This document shows positions 8,251 through 11,541 of a DNA stretch of 11,541 bases, one piece after another; the first letter of the stretch is position 1; every line of letters begins with the position of its first letter. This DNA comes from Zygophlyctis sp. KS116 (Eukaryota > Fungi > Chytridiomycota). The notes beneath the pieces are model-generated. The model saw nothing but the letters and a program-made list of their open reading frames with translations. It made no database searches and was not told the origin of the DNA. The translations under genes and the position numbers were made by a program. The stretch spans positions 1 through 11,541 of the forward strand of contig BAAFSQ010000307.1 in the NCBI GenBank assembly GCA_054661495.1, read 5' to 3'.

Positions 8251-10621
8251 ATGGATATATTTTATTCTGCACTCAAGGGAGCTCCAGCGCAGACAGGAGA
8301 AGATACTATTGAGAAGCTGGTTTCACAAGTGGCAAACTGCACTCTGTTGCAGGATCGCAGGGCAGCAGTTATGGGGCTCAAGGGAATGAGTAGAGACTGG
8401 AAGTTGGTAATTTTGCTCGTCTGATTTATAGTTGGTTGGAACAAAGGGACTTTATGTGCTCATCAAGAATTTAATCAAAGACAAGGCTGATATTGAAACG
8501 GCAAAAGCGACGCTGGAAGCGCTAAATATTCTCTGTTCAAATGATGCTCATGAGGATACAAAGGATGATAAAGATTTGGGGATCATGTTTACTGAAATAT
8601 TGTTAAAGGATTCACAGAATGTTGCATTATTATTAGATATTTTAGAGGAAACAGATTTTTACATTCGCTTTGAAACTATTCAACTATTCAATACGCTTTT
8701 AAAAAATTCAAGTGTTCTTCATGATGCAATTTTGGCTAGTCCGATGGGAATATCAAGGTATTGAATTTATATAAATAGTAGGTTAATTGATTTACTGGAT
8801 GATTCAAGGGAAATTATACGAAATTCGGGGTTATTACTACTTTTAGCACTTACTAAATCTAATGCAGAAATTCAAAAAATTGTTGCTTTTGAAAATGCTT
8901 TTGAAAAATTATTAGGAATTATTATTGAAGAAGGAGCTTCGGACGGTGATATAATTGTTCAGGACTGTATTGAATTAATTCACAATTTGTTACAGTTTAA
9001 TGTTTCAAATCAGGTATTTTATTTATAATTAATAAAAGAACTTATTTCGTGAAACTAGTTGTATTCAAAAAATTCCAAACTTATTGGGGGATTTATCTTC
9101 TCAAGAAAAGTGGCCGGTGCAAAAAATTAAAAATACTCTTGCTGTTTTAGAACTTATCAGAATCTTGGTGGCTCCAAAGAATTCAAATGTTCATATTAAT
9201 CAGGTTTGTTTCTTTAGAATTAAAAAAGTAGAATGTGCTTGAATCTTGTAAAATTATGGCTTTGCTGATATCAATGTCTTTAGAGCTTGAATTGCCTCAG
9301 GAAGTTAAAGCAGAATCACTTTGTGCACTAGGAGAAACGTTGCGTGGAAATCAACAGAATTCTGACAAGTTTTTTAAGGTTGTGACTACTTTTAAGAATG
9401 TCAAATTGCCAGCTATCTTATACCTAATGCGAATGGGAGCGAAAGGAGATCATTTTGCAATTCGAGCTTCCGCTGTATATGCATTTCAATGCTTTGTATA
9501 CAAAAATCCAGATGCTCAAATTGGTTTAGCTGCCACACTCTTACCACCTCCTGGAATTAATCCAAACGATGATAATTCAGAAATTGCTGAGTCTGGGGGC
9601 TCTCTTTTGATCAGTTCATTGTTTGATTTAGATACTGGTAGAAAAGACCCTTGGAGTATATGGTTTGCAACCGTGATGTTATCTCATGTTCTTTATGATA
9701 ATGCGGAAGCGAAAAAATTACTTCTGAACAAGAGGATTTCTGAAGATGAAGAAGAGTCAGTGCCATTATTACACAAAATAGTTTTTTTAGTTCTAAATGC
9801 ATCCAGGCAAAATGCAGATGTAATGATTATTCTTGGGATTCTATGTCTCATTGCCACATGGCTCTATGAATGCCCAGAGGCAGTCCAAGAATTCGTTTCT
9901 GAAGGATCAAATATTCAATTTGTAAGAAATGAATTTTAAAAATTAGCTGGTGGAGCAAATCTCTCAGTCATCTGGCGTTCACATGCTTGTTCAAGGATTA
10001 TCAGCTTTTGTTCTTGGTTTATGTCATGAATACAATAACGATACTTCAGGTTTATTCAAAAGGTATTAAATATGTGAAATAACTGAAAGAGCTGGAATTT
10101 ACAGTTTAATAACCAACCGCATAGGCCTTGATGTATTTATAAGCCGTTTAGAGAGACTGAAAGACTCAAAAGAATTATCATCAGCACATCCTTCTTTCAG
10201 AGTGGCGCATGGATATGTTCTCAAAGATCCAATATTTTTTGATCAGCTATTTTCTGAATTTTTCAAATCAGTTTTTGATTCAGTTACCAAACCTATAGTA
10301 CACTATGGACATGAGCCTAAAAAGCCAGAACGGACTGAAAATGATGATCATTTCAGAAAGAAGATTATTGAATTAGAGTCTGTTATATCTACTTTAAAGG
10401 GTGACCATTCAAAAGAAACTTCCAAATTAAAATCAAAAATCAATGAACTGGAGAGCTTTACTACAACACTGACAATCAAAATAAAAGAGCTCGAAACAAC
10501 TGTGAATGCATATCAGGAACAGTTATCGTCTCTGGAAAAAGATCAAGAGGATCTTTTTATATGTCTTGCAGATCAAGATCTTGAAATTAATAGTCTAAAA
10601 GAGGAGTTAGCCAAGAAATAA
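8251..10621 (+). CDS. USO1: Vesicle tethering factor Uso1/p115, ~738 aa. Introns 8407-8431, 8758-8781, 9014-9038, 9204-9231, 9922-9946, 10063-10089
   Basis: QTGEDTIEKL...TLLQDRRAAVMGLK, DFYIRFETIQL, PMGISRLIDLLDDSREIIRN, NAEIQKIVAFENAFEKL, DIIVQDC, NVSNQNLFRE, RIGLDVF, and C-terminal coil DQEDLFICLADQD. Confidence 0.95.
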
Positions 10622-10770
10622 ATTATTTTAATGGTGATTTACTTTGAACGTTAAGCTAATTCTCGTCAGAAAAATACAGAATTAATCCGTGGATTGAAAT
10701 CGCAAGCAAATTCAGGCGTTCAATACGAGTCAGAACGCGTTTTGAAACCCGAGAAATTTCGAAGCGTTTC

Positions 10771-11541
10771 ATGAGAATCCTCTCAAAGAACCTCATTCAA
10801 AAAGTGAATAAGAAAAGAGCACTGAGCTTGCTTTTATCAGCTTATGTAATGGTTTTGATATTTTATTACTGCATTCCTAAATTAAATTCGGACATGTCCG
10901 AAAGGAAAAACATTGTAAATAAACAAGATTACAACAACGCTATCCAATCAGCCAGGACATCAGAACTTATTCTTCGTCTGATTAAGATAAACAAATGTCT
11001 AGCGGAGAGCTATGATAATGATGTTTATGATGAAAATATGCATCAAAAATCGCAGCGTAAAATATTCCCCCCATCTCCTTCTAAAATGATAAGCTCTTTT
11101 GATCATTTAAGAATATCAGGATTCAAGTTCTGCTCGATTCTTAATAATGCACGATTTGATCCATGGGTGCATATATGTAAGTTTTTGTTTGGTATCTTAT
11201 ATGCTAGTCGGACTGGACGGATCCTTGGCTCAAATCAATCCCCCCGAACTTTTATTCACCAAGATGATTGATAAAGCTGCACAGTCTCTTGTTGATATTT
11301 TTAAAAGAACTCAGCCTCCACTTGATGATGAATCTGTTCGTCGGTTTTCTTGCTACACGGCAGTCTCTGGACAATCAAAATTCATGGCGTTATCTAATGA
11401 ATCACGTAATTTATATTATATTCTCATCGAATTAGTCTTGCTAGAAGTAGATGCAAATAATTATTTTCCTTTTTTGTCTATAACTGGAACTGATCCAGCC
11501 CCACAGTACAGAATCTCCTCACCTGTGTCTAAAAGAAGCGG
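10771..11541 (+). CDS. Unidentified protein with an N-terminal signal-anchor (type II membrane-like), 3'-partial. Intron 11177-11207; possible in-frame intron 11406-11435
   Basis: Basic N-terminus then hydrophobic ALSLLLSAYVMVLIFYYCI. Removing the 31-nt GTAAGT...TAG intron opens a frame (FGLDGSLAQINPPELLF...) that runs to the window end. Confidence 0.7.

Noticed and set aside
1454-9802. Short alternative-frame or antisense ORFs (1454-1636, 1809-2033, 2158-2382, 5169-5438, 8045-8248, 8262-8444, 9611-9802)
   Set aside because: They are shadows of real exons with no recognisable motifs.
295-10621. Fragmented ORFs as pseudogenes, frameshifting or stop-codon reassignment
   Set aside because: Each break is resolved by a GT-AG intron that restores conserved motifs under the standard code.
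295-10621. Functional gene cluster or defence system (nuclease + TPR protein + chaperone)
   Set aside because: These are unrelated conserved eukaryotic housekeeping genes; adjacency is explained by compaction.

Overview
This is AT-rich eukaryotic genomic DNA, probably from an early-diverging (chytrid-like) fungus; the taxon is inferred from protein style and gene content. The ORF track is fragmented because the genes are split by 27 candidate GT-AG introns of only 24-31 nt. Manual splicing gives six complete genes: a secreted, probably GPI-anchored heme peroxidase (+), a DNAJB12/Hlj1-type ER J-protein (+), ornithine aminotransferase (-), TFIIIC subunit Tfc4 (+), Nuc1/EndoG nuclease (+) and Uso1/p115 (+). 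Partial genes lie at both edges. Packing is extreme: the J-protein ATG is 1 nt after the peroxidase stop, NUC1 overlaps TFC4 on the same strand by 14 nt, and USO1 starts 39 nt after NUC1. The one large gap (4063-4462) holds several minus-strand hairpins and may encode ncRNA. No mobile elements, tRNA, rRNA or CRISPR arrays were seen.
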